Shown here: positions 1 through 12,242 of the stretch, one piece after another | Position numbering within the stretch: the stretch's first letter is position 1 | How the letters are laid out: every line of letters begins with the position of its first letter | From: Octopus sinensis | Lineage: Eukaryota | Direction of reading: 5' to 3' | DNA: 64,000 nucleotides | Assembly: GCF_006345805.1 (NCBI RefSeq) | Contig: NC_043002.1 | Location: 1,984,001-2,048,000, forward strand | Position numbers and translations under genes: made by a program | The notes under the pieces: model-generated | The model's database searches: none | Told to the model about the DNA's origin: nothing | What the model saw: the letters and a program-made list of their open reading frames with translations, nothing else

Positions 1-4
1 TTTT

Positions 5-63
5 TACCATATCGGACCCGATTTCAGAGTTAGTTCATAAGAACCTTCTCTTCGTCAGTGATA
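5..63 (-). ncRNA. Type I hammerhead ribozyme, intact core
   Basis: Minus strand reads TATCA-CTGACGA-AGAG(aaggttcttatgaactaa)CTCT-GAAA-TCGG(gt)CCGA-TA-TGGTA: stems I, II and III pair; cleavage triad AUA. Confidence 0.85.
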
Positions 64-258
64 AATGCGGCAAAGGAATAAATGAAATACATGGAAGAAG
101 CAAACACTAAGTCATGAACACAATTAAGTACCCCAAATATATCCACAACAGAAATTCTCCAGCCCATTTGAGACACGTGCGATTCGAACTGAAAACTCTC
201 AAAGAGTTGCTTCTTCCCTGGGTATAAGTAAGTATTTCATTTATTCCTTTGCCGCATT

Positions 259-317
259 TATCAATGACGAAGAGAAGGTTCTTATGAATTAACTCTGAAA
301 TTGTGTCCGATATGGTA
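259..317 (+). ncRNA. Degenerate hammerhead copy (C3A core change, stem III broken)
   Basis: TATCA-ATGACGA-AGAG...CTCT-GAAA-TTGTGTCCGA-TA-TGGTA. Confidence 0.7.
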
Positions 318-540
318 ATAACGGAATTTTTTAGAAAATTCTGTCGGCTTTCTTCGAGAGACATGCTTATAGTGATGACTTATATGGTTATGGACGATGT
401 GTCTTGTTTCGGCATATTTGGCATTAGAATTGTTTATCTTTTGCCCTTGTTTATAAATTGTTTATAAATTTAACCTTTAAAGGTATGTTTTAATATGCTG
501 GCCATTGATAAATTTTTTTTCGAAAAAATTTTATCCTATA

Positions 541-686
541 TTGCACACACACACACACACACACACACACCACACACACACACACACCACACCACACACA
601 CCACACACACACACACATATATATATATATTATATATATATATATATATAATGTATGTAAGTATGTGTGTATATATATATATATAA

Positions 687-717
<31 letters not shown>
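541..717. repeat. Compound (CA)n/(TA)n microsatellite
   Basis: Direct inspection. Confidence 0.95.
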
Positions 718-724
<7 letters not shown>

Positions 725-834
725 ATCACGTGACCGACCAGACCATCAGATGTTGTTACACATCGCTAGTCACAATGCATTCGCATTGTTTTAGCCTTCG
801 AATGACGCCACCCCGCTGGCTAAGCGAGCAGGCC
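718..834 (-). mobile_element. Short structured interspersed repeat (about 115 bp) with (CACGTGAT)n tail; probable LINE/SINE 3' end
   Basis: Reverse complement of 1890-2001 with a few differences; flanked by microsatellites. Confidence 0.65.
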
Positions 835-837
835 ATA

Positions 838-1171
<334 letters not shown>

Positions 1172-1194
1172 ATATATATATATATATATATATA

Positions 1195-1777
1195 CCGGAG
1201 TAAGCACATGAATGTGAAACAAGGTGGAAAAAAAGACTACTCAAATATCAGAGGCAGAGTAATATGCCTTATTTAAAAGCAGCAGAAATATAGCAAAATC
1301 TGTTGCTCAGAGTCGCACGTTCTCGTTCGTCTGACAGTTTTATTAAAATGGGACAGAAATGACGATAAAATGAAAATTAGTTAAAGGAAACACTTTTAAA
1401 ATGCATCTGTGTATTCTGATGTAAATATGTACATTATAGAAGGTCTAGTATGCGTATATACTGTTGTAAAATACTTATGTAATGCAGCGTGAACATTTTA
1501 ATTTTAATGTATTAATTGACTTATATTTCGTATATAATTATTTACAATATGTATTTTGAATCTACTCTTCGATTTAAGGTTTTCTTCGATTTTACAATCA
1601 TTTATTTTGTTCATTGCATGCTTAAGACCGTTAATTGAAAAGACCAATGAAACAAATCCATTTTTAACTAGTTTTGATTATATCATCATTTCTGTTCTAT
1701 TTTAACAAAACTGTCCGACGAATGGGAACGTGAAACTCTGAGTAACAACTTTTGTTATATTTCTGCTGCTTTTAAAT
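1195..1777. repeat. Inverted duplication (arms about 1271-1386 and 1662-1777) with hammerhead-like motif in the arms
   Basis: atttaaaagcagcagaaatat...ttagttaaa is complementary to tttaactag...ctgctgcttttaaat; the minus copy extends further left to the TA tract at about 1195. Confidence 0.85.
1705..1755 (+). ncRNA. Hammerhead-like motif, U4C variant
   Basis: CTGT-CCGACGA-ATG(ggaa)CGT-GAAA-CTC(t)GAG-TA-ACA; triad GUA; GNRA loop II. Confidence 0.6.
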
Positions 1778-1845
1778 GAAATATGTCTCCCCCGTCTCCT
1801 CTCTCTCTCTCTCTCCCTCTCTCTCTCTCCCTCTCTCTCTCTTTC

Positions 1846-1889
<44 letters not shown>

Positions 1890-1891
<2 letters not shown>

Positions 1892-2001
1892 CCTGCTCGC
1901 TTAGCCAGCGGGGTGGCGTCATTTGAAGGCTAAAACACTGCGAAACGCATTGTGACCAGCGATGTGTAGCAACATCTGATAGCCTGGTCGGTCACGGTGA
2001 T
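1890..2001 (+). mobile_element. Second copy of the short structured repeat
   Basis: Matches the reverse complement of 718-834; embedded in (TA)n. Confidence 0.65.
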
Positions 2002-3717
2002 ATATATATATATGTATGTATGTATATACACACACCATCAATGTGTTCGGCGTAATTGATCAATTGTATTCCTACAGTATGTTTCTTCATACTTGTCTAT
2101 GGACGTCTGAATAGCTTTTTATCATTTTCTCCTGGTATGAAATCACAATTCACTCATTATACTTAAGTAAAAATTAAACAGAAACAAAATACGATAAAAT
2201 GTTTCGTGAAACTTCGACTTTTATCAGTCGTCATATTTTTCATTTCTGAAATGTCAAATTGCATCTTCAACGTTTAATACTAATATTAGAAATATACGTT
2301 TTCTTTTATAATAAACTACGTTTAATCTATAACAGGGAGCATATGTAACAGTAAAATTGAACTGGGCAACGCTTTGCTTGACCAATGAACAGCTAAAATG
2401 TGCAGAGTTTAGTTGTTGAGAGGTATAATTGTTGTTGTTGGTCTTGTTAGTCTGATTTAGCAAACCTTTCAAACCAAATCAAAAGGATCATTGAAACCAT
2501 GACCGGCCTAGAATTTTCCAAAATATTTCTTAAACTGATAACCTGGGGTGGTCATAATTGGAGCGTAAATTATTAACGGTTTGCTTGATAATAGTTGACT
2601 TAAAGCTAAAGAAAACAGCCTTAAACCCCAGGGCGCAATTACCCTGGCTGTAAGTTGGTTGGCCCAGTTAATTGTAACAAGCGCTTTGTTACATAGCAAT
2701 GGTTTGCCTGTTTCAAAATGAATTACAATGTTTGGAGTGGAACCAGTATTTTTATGCTTGAGTGATAACAGAACGTGTAAAGAGTATGACATGACAGTAA
2801 TTGCAAGCGCTCGGTAAAATAGTCTGAGTTTTATAGCAATTTTGAATTACTCTCGTATTTCAAATTCCTCCGAGATTAACATTTACTGGCAGCCTTCAGT
2901 TGTCGCTAAAAGAAATACTTGTTATGGACAGAACGTTCGTTCAAGTCACAGTATTTCTCCTTCATAAAACTCTAGCTTTAAATCAGTTTTTGAAATAAAT
3001 ATTACACTGCTTTGTAGGGAAACGAATTACTTTATCTCCAATTTGATGAGAATTCTGAAAAATGATGTCGACTTTAGATTTTAGTTCATTTAGATTAACA
3101 AAACAAGAATTACAAATAATATATCGAGATTTTTTTTTTTAATGAAGCTTGTCTGACACCAACTCGAATTCATATTTGGCGCAGTAAAAGTGAGTTAATG
3201 TACTGAAACTAATGTCATTGTCTGACATTGGCAGCTTCAATATTCTTCAACATTCCAAAATCTATATTAACTATTTGAGTTTGTTCTATCTCGCACAAGA
3301 GACACCATTACCAATCATTTCAATGTTCCTGTCGGTTTCTCTCCTTTACATTCCTATTACAGTAAATGTGTTTGTCTTTTAACTTCCCCATTATGTTTGT
3401 TATAGTAGAGATGATATGTTCATTGTGTTGGTGTTGGTGTCTTTCTTGTTCTTCGTTTCCCAATTTGTATCGAGTGCACTGACAGTTCTTCATGTTGTTG
3501 TTAGTTATTCTTGCTGAAGTTAGTCTTACTGGTCTGTTCACATTTCGTGCTTTCATTCTTTGAATTCAGTTTAATAAAGTTAACCTTTTCCAAAACAAAA
3601 TAATATTCTACGATGCCTGGGGATTTTCTGACTCGAAACTTACTGATTATTCAATAACTTGGTGAGAATACGTTACTATTGTAAACTGTTGTTATTATGT
3701 GTCTACTAATGTAAAAG

Positions 3718-3718
3718 A

Positions 3719-3783
<65 letters not shown>
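3718..3783. repeat. (GTA)n microsatellite
   Basis: Direct inspection. Confidence 0.95.
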
Positions 3784-4154
3784 ACAAGTAGCACAGTGTC
3801 ACGAATTTTTCATCGATCTGTTTTTTTTTTATTGGTATTAAGATTTTATATTACTAAATGTCTGTGTATTCTTCTTTTCCTTTTTTTTTTTTTGGTTCGT
3901 TGCAGAATTGCCTTTAATTCGCGAGGGATTTACTCAAATTATTTGTATCGCTGTTCTACAGTAAAAACATTTTTTACTAACAAAATTCAAAAGAAGCGTG
4001 CACGTACACGCATCCAAGCATCCACCCACCCACAAACACACTCACATAGAGACTCGAAGTGTTGGGGAAAGGGTTAACAAGGGATGGTGCAAGTTGTAAG
4101 AAGAGATTACCATTGAAAGCCCCGTTCCGACTCCCTTCTGTTATTGAAGAAAAC

Positions 4155-4196
4155 TTTGTCCGCCGTCCTAACGCTTCTGCCAGCTCGCCGCCTCAA
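4155..4196 (-). mobile_element. tRNA-derived SINE head fragment
   Basis: Minus strand aggcggcgagctggcagaagcgttaggacg resembles the 5' head of the SINE family at 21051 and 54695. Confidence 0.5.
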
Positions 4197-4755
4197 TACC
4201 GACCTTTTGTAATGGCTTCTTGACAAGGGTTCGTGGACGAAGGGATTTGATGCCGAGAGGAGATACGGGTGTCTGTACGTGTCTGTACCTGAATGTGTTT
4301 CAGTAGGAGCAGAGTCTGCTGAGAAGCAATCTAATGGCGGTGGTCTTCATAGAAGTGTATTTCTTGGCGGTGCTGGTGTTCTTGCTGGATTGAGAATGGT
4401 TAAAGTCTTCTTCAAGAACAGAACTGAGACGGAACAACATTAACTTAGGCTACAGCTGTATTTATTGTTCTCAATCATTCTCTTGAAGAGCAACAGTTCT
4501 TAATAAGGCTTTCGATTCAAAAAATGCTTCACTTAATGATTTCGATAAGAATAATAAGAGAATGATATTTGTTTCAGGTTAGAGGGAGTCGAGGTAAAGC
4601 TGGGACAGCGACATCAAACATAAGGGGATGATACGCCAGCGGGTATTGGGCGGGATTGTTTATTGATTGTGATGTTGGTGGTGATTATCATCTCGGCGAC
4701 AATCGTGAGATTCATTGATGAACATGACAGCGGTAATGAAATAACAAGGAAACTG

Positions 4756-4757
4756 TG

Positions 4758-4822
<65 letters not shown>

Positions 4823-4855
4823 TGTAGTAGCAGCAGTAGTAGCAGTAGTAGCAGT

Positions 4856-4890
<35 letters not shown>

Positions 4891-4923
4891 GAGGAGGAGG
4901 AGGAGCAGGAGCAGGAGATAGAA

Positions 4924-4974
<51 letters not shown>

Positions 4975-4987
4975 CAGCAGCAGCAGC

Positions 4988-5022
<35 letters not shown>

Positions 5023-5035
5023 CAGCAGCAGCAGC

Positions 5036-5070
<35 letters not shown>

Positions 5071-5167
5071 CAGCAACAGCAGCAGTAGTAGTAGTAGTAT
5101 TAGTAGTAGTAGCAGCAGCAGCAGTAGTAGTAGTAGGAGAAGGAGGAGGAGCTAGAGCAGCAGCAGC

Positions 5168-5219
<52 letters not shown>
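4756..5219. repeat. Compound GNA trinucleotide array (GTA/GCA/GGA/GAA)
   Basis: About 460 bp held in a 3-bp phase; variation mostly at the middle base. Confidence 0.95.
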
Positions 5220-5220
5220 A

Positions 5221-5428
5221 CGGTTTCAAATTTTGGCCCAAAGCCAGTAATTTCGGGGAAGGGAGGGAGTCGATTACATCGACCCCAGCACTTGACTGGT
5301 ATTTATTTTATTGAATGCAAAAGATAAAGGCAAAGTCGACTTAGGCGGAATTCGAATTCATAACGCAAGGATGACGGACGAAATACTGTTAAGCATTTTG
5401 CCCGACGTGCTGAAGATTTCGCTGCCTC
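5221..5428 (-). mobile_element. tRNA-derived SINE (abundant family)
   Basis: Shares ggggtcgatgtaatcgac and ttgaaac motifs with copies at 21051, 33128, 54313 and 54695. Confidence 0.8.
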
Positions 5429-5869
5429 AATAATGAGAAGAAGAAGAAGAAGAATTCTAGGAAGGCTTACGAGCTGCGAAGTAACTGCCTTAGAAAAGAT
5501 GAAAGAATCCAACAATAACCTCACCTAAACAACTTCGGACACTCATAATAATAATAGGAGAGGTGGAAGGAACGCGAGTGATGCCAAAGCAAAACATCTG
5601 GAAAGCTGCAGGACACGACCAAATGTTACAACTTCTGACTAAAAATATTACGGAGGAATTAGATTTACACTTGAAACAGGTAAATGTAAAAAATAAGTTT
5701 CTTAACTCGAAACTAAACGAAGTAGCAAAATTAGATAAGGGGCCAGGAAATTAATGATTGCATTTTGAATACAATAAGCCAAATCTTTAAAGCGCAACAC
5801 AGCTTTTGTTCACAGCTAAAACCAGGTTGAGGTATCAACGTCATAAAAAATGTATTTGCTGTCCCTTAT

Positions 5870-6989
5870 TAACAGTAAACAAGTTCCCTCCGCGCCATTA
5901 GACACACAAGACCGCAACACGATTTCTCCAGCTAGCACTGTTTACTGCAGCTGTTCTGCTCTCATTCAAATGTCTCCCCTCTCATTCGTGTCTCCATTCC
6001 CTGTCATAAGGTTTTAGGACATGAGATTTTAGGGCATTCTGCCGCTCTTTTCCTCTCAACTTACCACTTGAGTACCACCATACAATCGCTTTCTCCATCT
6101 TGTCTGAGGATGTGTCCGATCCATTCCAGAGTTAGCGTCTTATTTCGTCACTGACCTTCTTGATGTCTGCTATCGTCTCAATTGTGCCATTTCACACTCT
6201 CTACGGCCACTTGATGTCCAGTTTTCTCTTTAAGCATGGGAATCGGAAGCTGTCCATTGATTTTTCTACCGTTTTCATCAGTTTCCATTTTTTACATCCA
6301 CCCCTAGGGCAATACTGGTTTGGACTAATGTCTTGAATAGCTTCAGCTTCCTTTAGCGATCTGTGCTTTTCCATACCCTTTTTAGATTGTAGAATGTTCT
6401 CCAGGCTCTGGATATTCTGTTCTTTACATCTTCCGATTTCTCTCCTTCTCTCTTGACTGTCGCCCCGACGTAAACCAATTCTTCGACGTTTTCCACCTCG
6501 TTGTCACCAATTCCCACACGAGCTTGTTGTCTGTCTGCCATTATTTCTTAATGTTTACATTTTCTGGTTTGAATTTAAGTCCAATTCTGTCAACGTTCTC
6601 TGCCAGTCTGTGTGTCTTACTGGGGATGTGTTCGTAGGTGGATTATAGCAACACTACGTCTGTCGTCCACAAAGTCGAGATCTTCGAGAGTGTTCATGGA
6701 GTTCCATCTAATGCCGTTTCCAGTGCCTTTCTGCTGTTCTTTGCATAAACCAGTTTATCGCCATTAGAAACAGGAAGCTTCATATAATACATCCCGACTT
6801 GACCAGTTGTAACTTTAAATCTGCTCGTCGTATGCTTTCCGTCAACTACTGTACAATTGAAATCGTCGTATATAACCTGTCCCAACCTCGTCAGCTTGTC
6901 GGAAATGCCACACGATCTCATTTTTCAGATTCCTTCGCACTGAGTTATGTCGAAGATTTTTCAAAGTGAACCAAGTGGACATGCAATTT
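5870..6989 (-). mobile_element. RTE-clade LINE, degenerate 3' part of RT
   Basis: Minus-strand peptides LVHFEKIFD, MRSCGISDKL, EELVYVGA and WIGHILR, with stops and frameshifts. Confidence 0.85.
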
Positions 6990-8245
6990 ATCCCATAAGT
7001 TCTGTCCGATTTTACCTTTTTAAAAATTGAATGAAATTTAGTAGTATTTTAGAATGTCTAATATATTTAAAAATTATTTTTATGCAGTTGTGTACATTTT
7101 AACGAATTAAATATCATTTTACAAAATAATAGAATTAAAATTTATTTGATTAAAAACCTTTCTAACATGGAAATATTCAAAGAGCATTTAAGGCACATAA
7201 TTCTTTATCAGTACAAAAAAGGAAACTCTGCAGCCGAAGCGACCCGAAACATACACTCAGTTTATAGGAAGAACGCTTGAATGAAAGAACTTGCAGAAGA
7301 TGGTTTGCAAAATTCAGAAGTGGAGATTTCAGCCTTAAAGATGAAGATCGAACAGGACGTCCAGTTGAGATTGATGATAAACTCCTTGAGGCATTACTTG
7401 AAGAAAAACCTGCATTATCAGCTGAAGAATTGGCAATAAAGTTTAGTTAAAACTATATAACTGTTCACCGTCATCTTCAACAACTTGGAAAGGTTCCAAA
7501 ACTTGGAAAATGGGTGCCTCGTGAATTGTCCGAAAGCAACCGCAAATCCTGAGTCGACATCTGCTCTTCTCTCCATTCTCACGAACTCGTTTCACCCGTT
7601 TTGGATAGAATTGTGACTGGTGACGAAAAATGGATCTTCTATCGAAATGTTAAACGTCGTAAACAGTGGCTTGGTAAAAGGGAAAACGCTCAACCACAAC
7701 CGCGAAGGGAACTTCATGGGAAAATGTTTCTTCCTTTTATCTGGTGGGATTGCAAAGGAGTAATTCACTTTGAATTGTTACCACCTAATGTAACAATTAA
7801 TGCTCAAGTCTACTGTCAGCAATTAGAACGCTTGAATCAAGCTTTGAAGAAAAAAGACCCGCTTTAGTGAATCGCAAAGGAGTGATGTTTCATCAGGCCA
7901 ATGGGCGTCCCCACACTGCAAAGATGGCTGGGGAAAAATTCCTTATCCACCTTATTCTCCTGACCTTGCTCCTTCATACTACCATTTGTTTCGTAGTTTA
8001 CAGAATCATTTGGGGGACATAAACTTCGCAAGCCAGGAGGAGATCGAAACTGATATTTCAGAGTTCTTCGCTTTGAAGCCAAAAGAGTTTTACATTGATG
8101 GGATTAAAAAGTTTGTAAATAGATGGAAGGAAGTCATAGATAATCAGGGAAAGTACATTGGTGATTAAATTTCAATTAAATATAACATTTGATCACTTGT
8201 TTTCTTTATTCAAAATTCGGACAGGACTTATGGGATGGCCTGATA
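6990..8245 (+). mobile_element. Mariner DNA transposon, left TIR clipped, inserted into the RTE
   Basis: TIR ATCCCATAAGT(T/C)CTGTCCGA at 6990-7009 and about 8217-8236; the right end keeps the outer TIR and TA at 8244-8245. Confidence 0.9.
7167..8168 (+). pseudogene. Mariner transposase pseudogene
   Basis: MEIFKEHLRHIILYQYKKG, WVPREL, VTGDEKW, HQANGRPH, PYSPDLAPSYYHLF; second and third catalytic Asp mutated; stops, frameshifts and a deletion. Confidence 0.92.
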
Positions 8246-8400
8246 GAATATTTCTAAGGATGAATATTTGCTCGATCGTGCTTCTTTTCTTGCAGCATCC
8301 AGCCTGATCGACTCCTCTCTCTATTCTCTGAATGATGACTCGCTCTAAACTTGTTTCAGTTAAAAGGAATTTTTAGCTTGAAGCCATAGTCAATTGTCGT
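8244..8400 (-). mobile_element. Continuation of the same RTE LINE beyond the mariner
   Basis: Minus strand LERVIIQRIERGVDQAGCCKKRSTIEQIFILRNIL matches the RTE RT motif RSTxEQIFxLRNI. Confidence 0.8.
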
Positions 8401-9211
8401 TCCCTCTGGATGGAAGTAGTAGCTATTTCAATCCAAGCTGCACAGGACGGTGGGTGCCTGTTTGTTAACAGACAGGCAAAAGATATAAAGGAAAGAAGTT
8501 ATTGAAATTTCAGGTGCACTTACATCAGCAACAACTACATTCATCAGAGCTGGAGAAACAGGACGTTGTTTATCATTTAGCTTCTCTAAATTTGGTGACG
8601 GGAAGTATTTGGTTTTACTTCTAGGAAGGGGGGGGGGGGGCTCACAACGAGAACTTGGTTGAGCAGGTATTGCGCAGTTCACTCTAATTTTCGCCAAACA
8701 AATGACATTCTGTTATGGCAAAATGATGATTTTAACGGCAGCCATCGCTTGATCTTCATGTAACGTGTCTTTCAGTGTAGATGGTTTGTATTCCAGTCAT
8801 GAAATTGTCGCATCAAGGGAATGGCAATGAAGATAGATTCTTATAAACACTGAAAGAATGTCAGTGGATATTTGAAACCCATTAAAGTGTTATTTTCCCC
8901 AAATCTCAAGCCGTTGCAAGCCTCTGAGAATCATGTAACTTTCACATTATTAATATTCTGAAAGTTTCCATAGGATGTAAAAGCGGAGAGCGTGAAGGAG
9001 CATGAATGTCAGGAAGATAATTCCCTGTCCCTAAATGACTAACAAATTACATCACCATCCGTACTTGAACTCTTTCTTGATAATACAGAATTGCAGAATA
9101 TCATAAAATCACTGCTGTGTAAAGTCTCACGGTGCCACGCTCTCTTGATCAGCTATTGTGCATTTCTTTGTATATATATATGTGTATATATATATATAAA
9201 TATATATATAT

Positions 9212-9540
9212 AGGATCGTGGTTTCGATTCCCAGACCGGACGTTGTGAGTGTTTATTGAGTGAAAACACCTAAAGCTCCACAAGGCTCCGGCAGAGGTCT
9301 GTGGCGAACCCTGCTGTACTTTTTCACCACAACTTTCTTTCGCTTTTTCCTCATGTTTCTGTTGTACCTGTATTTCAAAGGGCCAGCCTTGTCACACTCT
9401 GTGTCACGTTGAATCTCCTCGAGACCTACATTAAGGTTACACGTATCTGGAGTGTTAAGATACGTTAATTTCACGAGCAGACTGTTCGTTTGATCGGATC
9501 AAGTGGAACATTCGTCATCGTCGTGACCGACGGAGTGCCA
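9212..9540 (+). mobile_element. 5'-truncated tRNA-derived SINE (second family)
   Basis: Begins with B-box-like GGTTTCGATTCC next to a TA tract; GC-richer body. Confidence 0.6.
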
Positions 9541-9614
9541 CGAATATACATACATATATATATTGAATAAATAGTCAACGGGAAGGAGTACGTTTAGACC
9601 GCCATTTAATAAAC

Positions 9615-9717
9615 ACCACACATGTTTCGAGACTGCATAGATCCACATATACACAGGATTTAGATGAAGCAACAGTTTACCTGTATAATGGGATCCAGTT
9701 GTATCTCCCCAGGTGAT
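9615..9717 (-). ncRNA. Hammerhead relic downstream of the PLE fragment
   Basis: ATCAC-CTGGGGA-GA...TCTC-GAAACATGT-GTGGT; A6G change, cleavage nucleotide missing, long loop II. Confidence 0.35.
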
Positions 9718-10252
9718 ATATAATCGCTGACCCCTTTAGTAAATATTTGACTTTGATGCTAACACATCCAACTGGTTCTTCTGAATCTAGCAGACTCTGG
9801 CAGTTCCATTCTGCTCACTGTCAACGTGCCCCTGCACGCTCGACATGAGCGCCATTGTTTACATTGGCTGTCCACTTTGTTTCACATGTCAGGTTGCACA
9901 AGCTAAATTTTATTATTTCGCAAATACACTCACACATACTCTCATACACATACAATCACTGACACACATATACACACAACTGCAACTTGGGCGTCTCCAT
10001 ACATACATATATACACACACACACATATATATACATATATACGTACGTATATACACACATGCATCCCCCCACACACATATCGATCAACAAACACATTTAC
10101 ACCCACACATAAATGCACATGCATATATCTACTCATATTCATACACATAAGTGTATCATCGGGCACTCCATCATATATACACACACTCCATCATATAGAC
10201 GTGAGCGAAAAAGATGGGTGAAGTGAAATAGAATATATAATTATTATCATTT

Positions 10253-10830
10253 TTATACGCTGTTCCATCTTGAAAATGCAAATTTGGCGCGGTGGTTACT
10301 CCTTGGAATTTTCTCATGCTTGTTTACCAGGCCCTCATTACTCAGCAGTAAACTCAATGCTTCCTCAAGGTAAAGGTCACATTTGTCGGATAGCCAATTA
10401 AATGGGTGTCCCCTTTTTATTACTGACCATTTCATTTGGTAATTAATTTTTGATTTTTTTCTGTCCCCATATGAGATCTGCCAGTAAAGCCGCGTGTCGT
10501 CTGTTTATTTTTCAAAATGACGAGATGTGGTTGCAATAACGGACTTTGAATTGGTTTTCGTGGTACGTGTATTTATGTTGGGATGTAGAGATTGTGCATT
10601 TGTATACTATGTTTTGGGGGGTACATTGGTTCATGAGCGGACAAGCGGATTTTCTACGGCATGTGCAGTTATTTGTCCTATTATTATTTTTATGTTTGAC
10701 TGTTGACTTTTTTTATTCTGTTAGCATGATGTTCCGTTTGATTGTTAGTGTCTGGGGCATTGTAGAATCGGCAATATTTTTTGTTCAAACTTTTTTAACG
10801 ATTCATTTCACTTTTATTGCCGCCGTCTTT
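10253..10830 (-). mobile_element. Penelope-like element 3' fragment, GIY-YIG endonuclease (Naiad-like)
   Basis: CTCRRKSACPLMNQCTPQNIVYKC, FKVRYCNHISSF, WSVIKRGHPFNWLSDKCDLYLEE...LVNK; frameshifted. Confidence 0.8.
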
Positions 10831-10832
10831 TA

Positions 10833-10893
<61 letters not shown>

Positions 10894-12148
10894 TCATGAT
10901 GGGATGGAAACTTGGATTAATGTTGGTGGTGGCATGGCGGGACCCATTCCTGTAGAGAATGGTGCCAAACAGGGTGACATCCTTGCCCCAACTCTCGTTT
11001 CTCTGTACTTTGCTGCTGCTTTTACTCATGCTTTTGCAAAGATTAGCTCTCTGGGAATATATGTCAGGTATCGATCTTCTAGCCACCTCTTTAATCTGCA
11101 CCGATTTGTTTTCCAGTCTATTATTCCTGACCTCCTTTATGCAGATGACTTAGTCACTCATACAGTGGACGACATGCAAATACTTATGAATCGTATTTCT
11201 GCTGCTTGCAAGGCATTTGGACTCAGCATTAGCCTGGACAAGACTGTTGTAATGTTCCAGCCTGCACCAGGAAATCTATATGTGGAACCAGCTATCTTGG
11301 TTGTAGGAACAATTCTGAAAGTGGTAGACAAGTTTGTCCACCTGGGAAGCACACTCAACCGTTCTTGCTCCCTGGATGAGGAAATATATTTCGGGCTGCA
11401 GAGAGCAACTGATTCCTTCCGATCTCTTCAGTCTCGTGTCTGGTCCCAGCATCGCATCACAAACCAAACAAAATTTACTGTGTACCGTGCATGTATACTG
11501 ACACCGCTCCTTTACTCATGTGAGACATGGACCCTTTACAAACGTCATGTAAGGGTCCTTCAACGCTTTCATCAGACATGTCTCAGACACATTCTGATGT
11601 TGGCTGGACCTTAAAAACTCCAGACACACAGGTCCTGAGGAAAGCTGATATCTTGAGTATTGAGACAATGGTACACAAGCACTGGTGTTGGACTGGACAC
11701 CTTATTAGAATGAAGGATAGAAGGATTCCTAAGCAGATGCTCTATGGAGAACTGGTGGATGGAAAGAGACCCTGACATAAACCAAGGCTGCGATTTAAGG
11801 ACTATGTCAAGTCCTCATTAAAGGCCTGTGATAAACAGGAGACTGTCTGGGAGAGCAAAGCCTGGACATGGCCACAGATGGAGGAAGCAGGTTATAGAAG
11901 GAGTCGACACCTTTGAAAAAGTACGTATTCTTCATGAAGAACTTAAGTGTGCTGCTCGAAAGCGCACTGCTGGTGTAGTGGATGGGGAAAACTTGGTCTA
12001 CAATGTAGCAGTGCTGTATGCTTATCAAGAGCAGGGTTCGTTAGCCACCAACGGAGCCACAAATGTAAAATATAAGTTAGTCCTAGAGCACACAAAGCTC
12101 CTGAAGGTCAGCAATGGTCTTCCACGGTCACGAATGGACGGCCATCAT
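10894..12148 (+). mobile_element. RTE-clade LINE, 5'-truncated, with 3' end
   Basis: NGAKQGDILAPTL, LLYADD, KTVVMFQPAPG, KFVHLGS, WTGHLIRMKDRRIPKQMLYGEL; flanked by (TA)n. Confidence 0.92.
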
Positions 12149-12163
12149 GTATGTATACATGCA

Positions 12164-12237
<74 letters not shown>

Positions 12238-12242
<5 letters not shown>

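Larger units (their letters stand above)
1..321. repeat. Inverted duplication (about 90-bp arms, 141-bp spacer) carrying a hammerhead motif in each arm; PLE pLTR-like
   Basis: 1-90 is the reverse complement of 232-321 with about 5-6 mismatches; left arm cut by window start. Confidence 0.9.

Noticed and set aside
4660-5327. Poly-Leu and poly-Val ORFs
   Set aside because: Read-through of the trinucleotide array
8428-8697. 89-aa Pro-rich minus ORF
   Set aside because: No recognisable domain, depends on a poly-G run, no gene context
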